From contig CM022673.1 of the NCBI GenBank assembly GCA_012295275.1, positions 11,594,001-11,658,000 on the forward strand: a stretch of DNA of 64,000 bases, in the 5' to 3' direction. Made by a program: the position numbers and the translations under genes. The notes beneath the pieces are model-generated. The model was given only the letters and a program-made list of their open reading frames with translations. It had not been told where the DNA came from and did not search any database. Position 1 is the stretch's first letter; every line of letters starts with the position of its first letter. Source of the stretch: Chrysomallon squamiferum. Its lineage: Eukaryota > Animalia > Mollusca. Positions 26,150 through 40,085 of the stretch are shown here, one piece after another.

Positions 26150-26767
26150 GCTGTGTGACAGTTTTGTTTTCAGGTTTTCTGCGAGTTTATCCATGAATTC
26201 AAAAGTGCTGAGATAATCATCTCTTTGTACACTGAAACAGAAAACAAAATAATGTCAGTAAACAGAATATCAATATAAAAATAACAATTAAATAAAATCT
26301 TTAATAAAATAAAATATAAATAATAAGAAAAAACAAATACAGAGATGTTTTTGCTTCTTTTTTCACATATCTTCTTAAAAAGAAAAATTTAATACAGAAT
26401 GTAACAAATGTTCATTAAAATCTATAGATTATACAAATATATTCTACATGCTTCCAAAGTATTATTTTATTTGTTTTTTTTTCATTGCCCTGTCTTAATA
26501 ACAAAGTGACAACAAAAGACGATAGTTATAAAATATCACAGCATCATTATAATTTTTCTATAATCATGACATGGTGCATAGACTCAACTGCTCTGCTTTT
26601 ATTGACACTGTCAGAAACAAACATGTCTGCCATGCTACACAATAATATCTCAACACAACTGTGAAGTGATAAATTGTCAGTGTTTGGTAACCACTGTATT
26701 ATTTTCATAATATGTCAATAATAATGATTGGTCACTGAAACCAAATACATAACTTGTAAGTATAATG

Positions 26768-26798
<31 letters not shown>

Positions 26799-29700
26799 CA
26801 CTACCACTATTTTAACTAAGATACTTACTGGTTCATTCCCTTAATGCAGATGGCCAAGTCTTTTGTCATGAAGCCAGATTCTATGGTATCAATACAGACT
26901 TGTTCTAAAGTGCTTGCGAAACTGGCTAAGTCCTTATTTCCATCAAGCTTAGCTCTGTGAGCCAGGCCACGAGTCCAGGCGAATATAGAAGCTGAAAAAC
27001 AATTAAATTAATAAAATAAATAAAATAAATAAAATAAATAAAACAAGTAAAAATAAATAAATACAAGTAAATGAATTTTGTTTCAAATGAAGTTTATTAG
27101 TTGGTAAGTGAGATGGTATCATTTTACCTGCTCTGGTAAGAAGAAAACTATTAGTAATGTAGTTATTTAGTCAGTTCTACACTGTACTAACTAACAGTTT
27201 TTAATGTTACAGATAACAATTACAACACTTCTTTTTTTTTTTTTTTTTCTCAGAAGTAGTAAAAAGGTGTTGGATATATCCACAGAAATAAAAAAATATC
27301 CTCACACACAGACAAAAACACACCCTACAGATGTGCACACACACTTTAATGTTTATATATAGACACACACACTTACACCTGTAATCTATAAACAAAAGCT
27401 GTAGACAGAAACCTAGAGTTTGTAGATGTCTCTCTTTTTCTTGCTGATGAAAACATGAATGCACACACACACACACATCTATAAATTCAAATAACCTATG
27501 GAGTTTGTAGACATCTCTTTCCCCTGCTGATGAAAATGAAAACATGAATGAACACACACATTTCTCTTTTTTTGCACATGAATAAATCTATAAATTCAAA
27601 TAACCTATGGAGTTTGTAGATGTCTCTTTCTCTTGCTGATGAAAACATGAATACACACACACACACACACACACATCTATAAATTCAAATAACCTATGGA
27701 GTTTGTAGATGTCTCTTTCTCCTGCTGATGAAAACATGAATACACACACACACACACATCTATAAATTCAAATAACCTATGGAGTTTGTAGACGTCTCTT
27801 TCCCCTGCTGATGAAAGCGGTAATGTCTCGTCACTGTGCCATGGGCAGCTTCAGCCTCTACCGTCTTTCCGTCTGGACAGATCAGCACACTGGTCATCAT
27901 ACCAAGTGACCCAAAACCTAGAACATTTCAAAATTTATATATCAGATTACACACAACCACACACACAACCACACACACAAACAAACACACAAAGACACAC
28001 ACACACACAAACAAACACACAAAGACACACACACAAACACACAAAGACACACACACACAACACACAGAAACATACACATACACAAACACAAACATACACA
28101 CACAAATACATCCAAAATTATAGTTCAGTATAAGATGTTTAAGTATGAAACCCATCAACATACATTAACAAACCACTAATTAACTTATTAGTCATTTGTT
28201 ACAACTTTATCAAAATCCCAACATTTTTAATTGTATTAACTAACATTTAACCTTTGTTTTTGTTTCTTTTTTTTTGAAAAAAATAGTCTGTTATCTGTTA
28301 TGCCATTTTTAGAAAGACATTTTACTATACAATTAATAATCTGTATTTCTTTTTTTTTCTTTTTTTTGTATGATACTTATTAGAAAAAAACAAAAACAAA
28401 ATAATTATTTTATTGAGCTATATATCAATGTAACAACTAACAGATTGTTCCAAAGTGTACAAGCAAATTAATTTTCTGTTTTATGCTCTGAAACTGGACT
28501 GGTTACCTTGAGCCACAGAATCAGACTGCACATCCCCATCATAATTCTTACACGCCCAAACAAAGCCTCCTTCTGACTTCATCACATAGGCAACCATGTC
28601 GTCAATCAGGCGATGCTCATACCAGATTTTCTTAGCTTCAAACTTCTGTTTATATTCTCTGTTTGAAATTTTAATGAAGTAACAATATTGTATCTGTATT
28701 TCAGCCCCCTCCCAAATAGGGGTTGTGAAAGTATATCTGACAAGTACTTTTAACAGCAGTTTAAAAAGATTAAAAAAACTTTTGTGTATTTGTGTGGAGA
28801 TTATATATATATATAAACACACACACATACACACACACAAGAAAAATACTGTCATAAAATAACAATTGTAATGAATTATCATACATTGTATCTCTTGCTG
28901 ACACAACAAATGTTACTTTTATGATCAGTTTGATTAAGCTAGCACTATTTTGATTCAAGCAATTGATTTTGTTTTTCTAATTTTCTTTTTTTTTGTTTCT
29001 TTATTTATAAAAAGGATAAGGATTGAGAACAGTAACTATAAAGAAATCAGATAAATGAAGATGCTGGAATAAACACTTTTACACTTACTTATCATACACC
29101 TCTTGGAAAATGTCTTTAAATCGACCGTCATATTTCTTCAGAATTGTGTTTTTAGTACTGTAAAGAGAAAAAGATTTTTAGATCATTTTACAGTTATAAC
29201 AAGCCATTTATACATACATATGTACATACATACATATACATATATAGACTTGACGAGATGTCATTGTGATATAGCAGTGAACAATTGGGAAGGATAAAAG
29301 CAAATATATTTGTGTAACTGAAGATTTATCTCTGAATAAATAACTGAAACAGTAGCTGTATTTTCCTAGGTGACTGTTTTATTTGATTTTATATACAAAA
29401 ATAAACCAACAAAAGAACTTCTCACTAAAATAATACAAATGTAGAGAATCTTGGAGACCATCATTTTTCTGTGTAGACTTGTTTTATCATTGTCATACTT
29501 TATGTTTAACAAAGGTTGATGTACAATTGAAATAAAACAATTATTTGAAAGAATAAAAGTTGTATTTAGACTTGTTTTATGAACAATATATAAATTTTAT
29601 TAATAAAAAAATAAAATGTTCTTACCTTAGATACAGGGGCCAACCTTTCTCCAGTGCAAAGGTCATTGAACTGTAAGCAAAATCTCTGATACTCTGTAAA

Positions 29701-32700
29701 AGAAGTCCAAAGTTTTAGTTTTAAAAAAACCCAAAGTCTTTAAATTCATACAGTGAAATAAATTAAAATTAATTGATATTTTAAATAATAGCTAAAACTA
29801 GTGAATACAGTGGATTATGAGATCATTCTCTTTTGTGCTTCCAGTGGGTTCTTTCCAGTTCTAACAAGTGCTCTCAAATAATTCATCAAAAACCATGGAA
29901 CTGCAAAACTATGCTACTAATAAACAAAACTGAACTTCTCTTAAGTAATGAGTAAACAAATTATCCATATATTTGTTAATATTGAAATATGTCACATTAA
30001 ATATTCATTCATACTGTAAAGACTGGGCTCTACAAATTCATTTAAGAAATAATAATAGCTGCTTTATTAATAAAAAAAAGACTTGTTGTATCCCCAAGAT
30101 ACACATCTAGGCTCTGTTATAGTAATAACCCTTCTGGCAACAGTAACTAAATATATATTGGTACTAATAATAAATACATTACATATATATATATATACAC
30201 ATACACACACATACATATATGTATATATTTATATATATATACATATGCACAAACACACACAAGTATATACACAGACATATTGATGCTCTCTCTAGATATC
30301 AGAAATGTACTTACAGCATCAGTGTTGTACATCCCCATGGCAACACCGCCTGATTCCTTGAAGTCAAACACTGTGTATTCCTGAGGACTGCTACCATCTG
30401 CTGGTGTGTATTTTATCTCCACTTTGCCTGGTCCCGGAACCACAAAGTCTGTGGCTTTATACTGAAACAGTATCAACAAAATATCTCTACAGTTTGTGAC
30501 AAAGAATACAAAACTCATATACACAATCAAAAACAAGTAAGTAAGTATTAGCTTACACTAAAAAAAAAAAAATATCTAGTGTACTTGCTGTTAGGTATTT
30601 GTTGTAACTGAAGTTTTATAACTTTTAGCTGAATAAATATTTATATTTGTAGTTATATCCAACATTTACAGTATTCTAGGTAAGTTCATTTAATTCTTTT
30701 GGAGTATAAAAACCTTATTTCTCATCTGGCTTTCTTTGGATGAAGGTGTCATTATATCAAGAATTTTTATATTTTTTTTACCATTATTATTGACAGTAAT
30801 AATGGTGAAAGGCAGTTGTTAAATACAAAAAGGGATTGTTCATTCATTCTTTCATTCATTTACTCATGCATTCACTTGTTCATACTGGCTGTGGCACTCA
30901 CCTGATCGCCAAAAGCATGACGACCAATCACAATACTTTTTATCCAGCCTGGAACAAGGCGGGGAATGTTCTTGCAAATAATGGCTTCCCGGAAAACCGT
31001 TCCACCCAGAATGTTCCGGATTGTTCCATTGGGCGACTTCCACATCTGTTTCAGCTTGAATTCTTAAATTAAAAAAAAAAAATTAAATTGAAAAAAAAAA
31101 AAAGGACTTAAATATATTAACAAGTAAAAAGATTTATTATTAAAAATAATAAAAATATTTTAGAATTTTATATATATATATATTTAAATTATAGGAAAAT
31201 ATATAAGAAAAAAACAACAACAATGAATTAAACTCATAACTAGAACAAGAAGAAACAAAAACAAATACTAATTATGTGAAACATAAAAAAAAAAAAAGGA
31301 AAAAAAAGATTTTTTTTTTTTTATTAAGAGTATATATTACATCTATATTATACATCTTATTCCAGTTTCTATTATATTTTACCTTCAACTCTTTTTTCAT
31401 CAGGTGTGATTGTTGCACATTTAATTCCAACATTGTACTTCTTGATAGCATAGGCTGCATCTTTAGTCACTGAGAAAAAAAGAAAGAAATAATAATAATA
31501 TTAATAAAATAAAAAAATAATATATATTACTTTGGATGTACATGTTTGTCAGTGTGTGTGCATACATGCTTGCAAGCATATGAATATAAACAAATTAATA
31601 ATGACGTTTTTGCATTGGTGTTTTGATTAATTATTTATTTATTTATTTAAAGTATTAAAATTAATTTCAAAATACTTTAAATAAATAAAAATAAAACAAA
31701 AAGAACTTAATATGAACTGAAATTTTATTAACTTTGTAGTTTTATGTCAAAATTTCTCATTCGACTCAGACATTACAGGACTGCAGATTTTGAGAATGGA
31801 GCTCAGTCTCTGGTTTATAAATGAATTGAGAATAAACAAATGAGAACATTTTTCAGTAAATATAAAAAATTACCCTCATCATCTGTGGCATCTCGGTTCT
31901 GAATGCTTAGATCATAGGAATGAAGTTCAAGGTCAACAAAAGGTAAAATAAGTTTTTCTTTGATTGCGTCCCATATGATACTGAAATAAAAATTGAATGC
32001 CATTATAAATTTTAGTCAAGGAATTCACTTATAAACTAAAATACATGCTGATTTACATGAAATTATTTGTATCTCAGTAATATCTCAAACTTCATACTTT
32101 AAAAAAAACAAAAACAAATTATTGATGGAGTTAGTTCTTTTTGTTTTCAGTTTTTTTTAAATGTTTGATAATTTAAATATTACCGTATATACTTGTGTAT
32201 AAGTCGAATTTTTGGGAGACTATATTAAGATAATATTTTGGGGGTCGACTTATACATAGGTAATGCTTTTGTAGCTGTTGCTGAAGAGTCGCCATTTTGA
32301 CTATTTTTTGCTACGGGATGCATCTAAAATAATTGCGGTCTTTCAGCTTTTCAAAAATATAATTTTATCGTATAAAAAATTTTGAAAAATTAAATAACAA
32401 AACCAAATATGAATGTAAAACATGATATTCTTCTGTTTAATGACATAAAAATACATTTTAAAGCTACTTCCTTCTGGCTTGCAATGATCTAGGAATGCAG
32501 ACTTCTCTGCCAAATTGCACTAAATATAAAAAAAAAAAAATTGTAAAGAAATTTGGTGAAATAATATTGCAATATTAATATCCACTACCGACAAATTTTG
32601 TAAATCATAGAACGGCTAAATATAACGGTAAGTTAGGTCTCCATGTTAGATTACATTAAAGAGATACTTTTTATGATACATTTAGGCTATAGCTTGTTTT

Positions 32701-34643
32701 TTTACGTTATTATGGTTTTTAGGTAAACAGCTTGCAACTAATGTTACAGTAATGGAGGCCTTCATGGTCTTAAAAATAGTGACGGTGCCTGGAATCTACA
32801 GTCGACTTATACACAAGTAATACCTAAAATGACACAATTTTTGGTCTTAAAATACACATTGACTTATACATAAGGTCGCCTTGTACACAAGTATATACGG
32901 TAATTAAAAACTGGGGAAAAAATGAATGAAAATATGAAAAACAATGAATAAATAAATAGATAGACAGATAAATAAATAAATAAATAAATGAAATGAAAAT
33001 TTAAAAATACAAATCAAAATTAAAAATACAAAATAAAATAATAATAAATAAATAAATAAACTGAAAAATAATAATATATATAATCAAGTTTTAAAATCTG
33101 CAACCTCATGTTGAAAACAAAAATATCTGCAGTCTGTTAAACTACAATTTTCTTTTTTTTCCTTTACAACTTGTAACTAACTAATACTCTGTAAACATCA
33201 GTTAACCCTTTAACATTAGGAAAGAGAAAATAATGAAAGTGCTAAACAGTAACATCCACTAAATAACTTTATGTATATACAGTTCTGCAAACTATTATGT
33301 TTCAAAACTGTTAACCTGCAGTGAATGCAATAGGAATTCTAATATTAAGAAAGAGAAAACATTAACATCCATATTAAATAACCTTGTATAAACATTCTCA
33401 AAGCTATCATATAGCAATTTTCTTAATGTGCAGTAAAAATAACAGAAATTAGCTAGAATAAAATAAACAGACAAACAGAACATTTATACTTTGTCTTAAA
33501 AACATTTTCACCAACACATGGTGTGCACACACACACACACACAAACAAACACACATATATTTTTACAATTTATATTCTTTAATTCTGTGTGTTTCTGTTA
33601 ATATAACTTTCAATTTGTAGGAAATTTAAGGAATACAAATATATACTGTTTTGTGTCTAAAATTAACACACACACACTTTTAAGAATATTCATTTCTTCT
33701 GACATAATAAATGTAAATAAAATATATATAAGTAATAAACAGTACATTGATAAAAAAACAAGATAAATTCATAAAATATGATTTTTATGCTAATTATCTT
33801 TAATATTTTTATAAAAAATATAATCTATTATAAATTTTAAGTATCCATTGCATTTCAGATAACTGCAAAAGATAAAGAAAAAATATTATTTATTAAATGT
33901 GTTTGGTCGCTTATAAAAATCTGGAATAAGCTTCAGTAAGATTTACTCACTAAAATATACTTAACAGCTATTTTACTATTTTTTCATTAATTAATAATAA
34001 CAATAATTCTTTATATTCGTATTTCCTATTTTATATGCTTAAGATCTTGCAAAAAGTAATTTAAATTTATATTTAATAAGAAAATGAAATAAAGAAATGG
34101 AAAGGTACACGTATTTGTGTGAGAGAGACAGATGCAGCTGTGATAAAACAAATGAAAAAAAAAAAAAAAAAAAAAAAAAAAATGAAAAAGGCTATAGAAC
34201 GTGACAATAAATTCAGTTTTTTAGGATCAAAGTCCATTATTAAATATGCCTATCAAAATCACCTGTCACTGGGATTATTCAGGTTAAATCTTAAAATTAT
34301 TTTGTCTTTATATTTTTCAGTTCATAGTACATTTACGACAAACATTAAAATTATTTTTTCTTCAATACCGATTTAAAAAAAAAAAAAAAAAAACAAACAA
34401 ACAATACAACTAATATGGACAATAATAATACATTCCGATGTACGAAATGTTTAGTAAATACAAGCAAAACATTAAGTTCTGATGCTAAAATCTTACCGTG
34501 TCATTTCATCTCCCTGCATTTCGACAACCGGTCCGCCTGAAACATAAACAGTCACATTTTCATACTGTATAAAATAAAGCGATAATAATGCATGTATTAT
34601 GAACAAACAACAACGAAATATAGTTACCTTTAATTTTCCCCAT
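26147..34643 (-). CDS. IDH1: Isocitrate dehydrogenase [NADP], cytosolic type, 12 exons, 411 aa
   Basis: Exons in transcript order (minus strand): 34628..34643, 34497..34536, 31874..31980, 31383..31469, 30902..31062, 30315..30461, 29626..29693, 29089..29157, 28507..28658, 27777..27917, 26829..26991, 26147..26231; total 1236 nt, all GT-AG. Translation includes [131 protein letters not shown] and [13 protein letters not shown]. There is no mitochondrial presequence. Confidence 0.97.
27411..27816. repeat. Tandem array of ~83-109-bp units made from the 3' end of IDH1 exon 10, its splice donor and a (CA)n tract
   Basis: Unit tctataaattcaaataacctatggagtttgtagatgtctctttc(t/c)c(t/c)tgctgatgaaaacatgaat(ac)n starts at ~27478, 27587, 27676 and 27759 (the last overlaps the real exon), plus a degenerate copy at ~27411. 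Confidence 0.9.
32183..32900. mobile_element. Non-autonomous Tc1/mariner-superfamily (Tc2/pogo-like) DNA transposon (MITE), 718 bp, in IDH1 intron 2
   Basis: Left TIR CCGTATATACTTGTGTATAAGTCGA versus right TIR reverse complement CCGTATATACTTGTGTACAAGGCGA (23/25 identical). TA on both flanks (32181-82, 32901-02). Subterminal GACTTATACA repeats near 32245, 32803 and 32862. No transposase ORF. Confidence 0.85.
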
Positions 34644-34718
34644 TTTACTATCCGTTTTCTTCACAAAAATGAAAGCACTGCTCGAATGGTTTTTGGAATG
34701 AATGCCAAGGACGTTAAT

Positions 34719-34731
34719 TGAACTTTGACCT
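34719..34731 (-). promoter_or_regulatory. DR1 nuclear-receptor element (HNF4/PPAR-RXR type) just upstream of the IDH1 start codon
   Basis: Minus strand AGGTCA-A-AGTTCA, about 76 nt upstream of the ATG at 34643, in a CpG-containing promoter-like region. Confidence 0.45.
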
Positions 34732-35929
34732 TAGAAAACCTTACTATGGTCCGATGTTATAAGCATTTGATTTGATGTCGATATGGTTGTGTCTCCGTAT
34801 CAGCATGTTTGTGTATATGTTTATACGTATCAGTGTGTGTGTGTGTGTCTGTGTGTGTGTGTGTGTTGTGTGTGTGAATTCGATGTTGGGCTCAACTGAA
34901 ACATAACCTTTATTAGGTTCTCTTGTTGCGGTCCAGTAATCCATAACGTATTTCGCGTCAATGCGTAATTTTTTTTTAATGATAATGATAAATAAATTTC
35001 GGTTCACAATAGTAATGACATTGTCAATCGAGTTGAAGCAAGCATGAAATCATAAAGCATTTGAATAATAAAAAAACATTATTCTGAATTAAATATAATT
35101 AGTTTTGTTACGAAGAGTAATTACAACCAAACTGAATTCTGGATGAACTAAATCTAAATCTAAATTTAATAATAATAATAATTATAATAAAAATAATAAT
35201 ATCAGAGTTAATATAAATATTAATAAGCCCTGACAACTAAGTAATTTGTACACAATTAGTTTCATGATTGTTTATATTTATGTGTTTAATCTAATGCGAC
35301 AATATTGGAAGTGTCATAAATTTGTGTATGTTGTTGTGTATTGTTCTTTTTACTGTGAATGAATATCTCTGTCTCTCTCATAATGAGCTGGACATTATCT
35401 GTATACTTCAAAACTCTATGAATGTAGATTTGGCTAACTTAAATCTGTAACAAGATTTATTAGATATACTGATAAATAATAATTCATGAATGGAAACCCC
35501 TGCCATCTCTTAAATAGGTATCATCATCATCATCATCATCATCATCACTGACCACTGGAGCAATGCAGTCATCCTTACAGTGTTGCAAATGCCACCTTGA
35601 TATGCTAGTCTGATGAGGTCCACTCAAAAATTCTTTAGCAGAAAGGCAACATTTCATAGAAAAACACTCTCTGTGAAACACCAGTCATGATGTACTTTGT
35701 AATCTTTCCTTTGATTATTAACCAAATCAGTTTACCTGATTCATTAACTGATTTTATTTCTGTAAAAAATTTTTTTTTTTTTTTTTATTTAAGTATAAAA
35801 TGTTTTCTTGCACTCTTTTTGACCTATATAGATTAGTCATATCCTGCTATGTCAGACATTTTAAACAGGGGGCAAATCCAGTGTCATGTTTAGAGAGTTG
35901 AACTCTTGATACCCCAAGAAGAGAGAAAC

Positions 35930-35934
35930 AAAAA

Positions 35935-35993
<59 letters not shown>

Positions 35994-36028
35994 TAATAAT
36001 AATAGTAGTAGTAGTAGTAGTAGTAGTA

Positions 36029-36064
<36 letters not shown>

Positions 36065-36143
36065 ATAATAATAGTAGTAGTAGTAGTAGTAGTAGTGGTA
36101 GTAGTAGTGGTAGTGGTAGTGGTAGTGGTAGTAGTAGTAGTAA
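35930..36143. repeat. Compound (AAAT)n-(AAT)n-(TAG/TGG)n microsatellite
   Basis: Directly visible; gives the poly-Thr/Ile ORF. Confidence 0.95.
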
Positions 36144-39100
36144 TAAAAATAGACACAGTTGGACTCTATTGGGCCAGATGTGCTCCAGTTGATATTCTGT
36201 TTATGTCAATATCATTGGCAGGTCCTAGCCGAAATATATTTATAGGTTTAGGTAGAAGTTAGATAAATATACATGTATATACTAAACACATAGGTAGACA
36301 GAACAATACACACACATACACATATATAGAGTAAGAAATATATATATATATATATATATATATAGTGTAACCCTTTACTCAAAATCTTAAATCTTTTCTT
36401 GAACATGCGACAGCTGAAGCACATAATTTATTATTTCTCTCAAATTTTTGATTGTTTAAGTTATCACATAAACTGGACACCCAGCCAGAACTATGGTAAT
36501 AAATATAACCCAAGTAGAGTGATAGGGTTATCATTATATTCACATCTGGCATTCGACACTTTATGATTAGCATACTAGTGTGGTTGTCCGATATACTGAG
36601 TTTGCAGTGTGATTTAATTATTGAGTGGTATGCCATACACTGATCCTAGTAAAACATCTGCTGATCACTTATGTTTTATGTTTTATTTTTTAAATTATTA
36701 TTATTATTTTTTTTAATGAAATTTATTTTGTCTTGAAGAAATTAGCTTCCTCTTTTTTAAAATGGTGGAACCGTTGAGTTTATGTTGAAGGCAGTAACTT
36801 TAATTTGGGAAGGGACAAGAATGATTTAAAAAAAGTAAATAAAATATACAAAAGAATTATAATAAATAAATAATTATAATCCATAACAGTTGACGAATGT
36901 TATGTATCGACTCCGTCTTGCACAAACTGAACAAAAAATAACAATGGAAACTGAAATTTAATTATTTTTCATTTATTCACACCATCTCTAATTCTGTTGT
37001 TAATTTAATAACCTTTTTATTTTTAAGACATTTTGAAATGAAATTCATTATTTTGAATGAATAAAAAAATAAAAATTAAAAAAAAAAATAAAATGTTATC
37101 AAATAAAAAAAAAAACAAAAAAATGAATACATATAAATAATAAATTTATTTAATAATAATAATAATAATAATAATATAGAGCAAAAGAGAGGTAGAGTGT
37201 CTTGCACCTTTTCTAAGTATAATTAATTCATAAAACATATATTTGATCTTTAAAACACACAATTGATAAAAACACAAAACCACAAAATCATCTTAAAACA
37301 AATAAATAAGTAAATAAATAAAAGAAAACAAAAGATGACGAAAAAGAACCAAGAAGCAACAAAATTAATTATTAAAATAAAAACTATAACAACAATATTA
37401 TTTTTATATAATATTTATTTACTTTTAGTGGAACTATGTGTCATTAGAAAATAATTATAACAAATGACCTAGTGGGATAATGACATGAAAAATATAGTTT
37501 TGTATACACAGTGTTAAAAATAGGTACCAGAACTTCATAAGCATTAAATAATATAAAATAAACATGAATGCTAAGTTAAATATAACATAAAATACTTATT
37601 AGCATTGGTTTATCACAATTACATCAAAAATAAAATATATACAAGTTTTTAAAGTCTACATAAACTATAAACTATTTAGAAAAAAAGGTTTTTTATTTTT
37701 TATAATTTTTTTTTTTTATAAAATCATATTTTAAACCTTAAATTCATATGCTTGTAAGACTGAGTATAATTACAATAGTAGTTAAAAAACCTATATATAA
37801 TAGACAAATCCTGGTTGTTAATGTCATTCTAATGCAAATAGTCATGCTTTTTGGTCATAATGTCCCTGAGGAAAAAAATGTAGATGTATATTTATTCTAT
37901 TAGGCAAGGTATTTCCCAGAGGTAAAATGTAGATATCTAAAAATAATTCCTTTTGCTTGTACAATTATTTTTTTTATTAGTATTATTTTTTATATATATA
38001 TATTTAGAAAAGATATCTTGCTGAACTGAGAAACATTGCTGGTTTCATCTAAACAAATCAGAATTAGAAAACTGATATATATATATATATATATATATAT
38101 TGATTTATTGTTAGTTTATCAGTAATTTTATCAGTAATTACAAAAGATTTAGAAATGTAAAAATTAAAAAAAAAAAAAAAAAAAAAGTTTGAATTGTAAT
38201 GCCAGAGGCAATTATTAATATAAATTAAAAAAAAAAAAATTAAAATGTTATTCGTCTTTAATAAGACTAATTATGTCCCATGTAATTAATAGAGTTTATA
38301 CAAGAAATAATAAATATATTTTAAATGCCAAATGTTGTATACATGAGAAATAAAAACAAATTAAATAACATATTTCCTTCTTCTTTTTTTGGGGGGGGAG
38401 GTGGGGGTTCCCCATCAATTAAGACAGTATTGTGTTAGTATATTAAATATATTCCAAGTAAAAATCACCACATCTATATACAGTAAATAAAACAGAATGA
38501 AATGTTAGCCTTTTTATTCAAACGCTGTAGTTCAAGAATACAACCAGAAATTAACCATAGAAGTTGATCTTGGATGTTAAAGATTTGAATGTAATATCCA
38601 TAAACATGCTGAGCATAAAAATAACTAAACTAAAATACAAAACAAACCTGGATGTAAAATGATCTTTCATTCATAGGCAATTTGAAATATTTGTGCGTTT
38701 TTTGTTTTTCTTGTTTAAATTAAAGATAGTATAAAAAAATTGTGAAAATTATGTTAAAGCATTGTACACTGTTCATTTTGAATAAGTAAATATTGAAAAA
38801 ATAAAAAATAAAAAAATGATAAAATTCAAATTAATTAAAAAACACTGTAATAAGTTAACAATACTTCAGTTAAAAAGAAAAAAAATGTTAAAAATTTTTT
38901 TAAAAATGAAACATCCTTGCTACTTCTTACAAATATGTTAAATAAAATCTACTTTATTAAAATGCATAATTATATTGTAAGCAGAAAGGCCCATGCTACC
39001 TTGTTAAAATATATTATTATGAGTTATGTACTATTACAATACATTACAATGATTAAATAAATAAATAAATAAATAAATAACAAAAATGAATTCCAAATAC

Positions 39101-40032
39101 AAATTATCATGACTTAGAATGAAAAATCTAAAATGTACAGATAATGAAAAAACCACAATAAAGCTTAAATATAAATACAGGCACTTAATAAATTATTAAA
39201 TAACAATATTTATTGTATTGAAAACAATTTAAGACTGTTTCTTTTTACAACCCTATCCATAATAATAATGATAATAACAGTGTTACAGGTAATGATGATA
39301 ACTACAATCATCAAAATTTATTTTTTTTAAAATGCATTTAAAATGTTTAAGGAAAATATATTTTTTTACAATTCCTTTCAAAATATTGACTTTAAAATCT
39401 TTACACAAAAGTATAAAACAGAGGAAAAAAATAATAAAAATTATGATATAAATTCTTAGGCTACTTTACATAATTATGAAGTTAAATAACAAATTATATA
39501 TTTATATCTGGAAGTTTAAGATAAATTAAGGATAGAAATTTTTTGATTTGTATTTTAACATCAAGACAAAATAGAGTAAAATAGAAAATATGACTTTTAA
39601 TCTTGTTTGAAAATGATTTTATATTTGCTTGAATTTAAGAATGTGTTGATATCAAAAATTCAAAACTGTTTTAGTTTCAAACACTGATGTAAATTTATGA
39701 CAATTGAATAATATATAATAAAAATAAAATACATATTTAATAAGCAATGATATAAAGTTTGAACAAAAGTATATAAAATTTATAAAAATGGATTTTGTAT
39801 ATATATAAAGAAAAAAGTTTGTACAATAAAATATATTATGAATATGTAATATGTGGTTTGAATATAAATATTTCACAAATAATTGAGTTTACATGAATGA
39901 CTTTAACAAGCTAATTTGGTTTAATTCAAAATCATGTTCACATTGTCACCTTTTTGAAACTACATCATAACAAACACGCAAAATGAATTGTAGATATAAA
40001 CTAGAATAAAAGGGTGCAAAAACAACAAAAAA

Positions 40033-40085
<53 letters not shown>

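Noticed and set aside
27411-27816. Tandem units containing CTGATGA, resembling hammerhead ribozyme/retrozyme repeats or a CRISPR-like array
   Set aside because: CTGATGA is simply the antisense of the IDH1 codons TTT CAT CAG. There is no stem II-GAAA core, the spacers are (CA)n rather than unique sequence, and the context is eukaryotic with no cas genes.
35605-35650. CTGATGAGGTCC...GAAAG as a possible hammerhead ribozyme
   Set aside because: No complementary strand to close stem II before GAAA and no convincing stems I/III.
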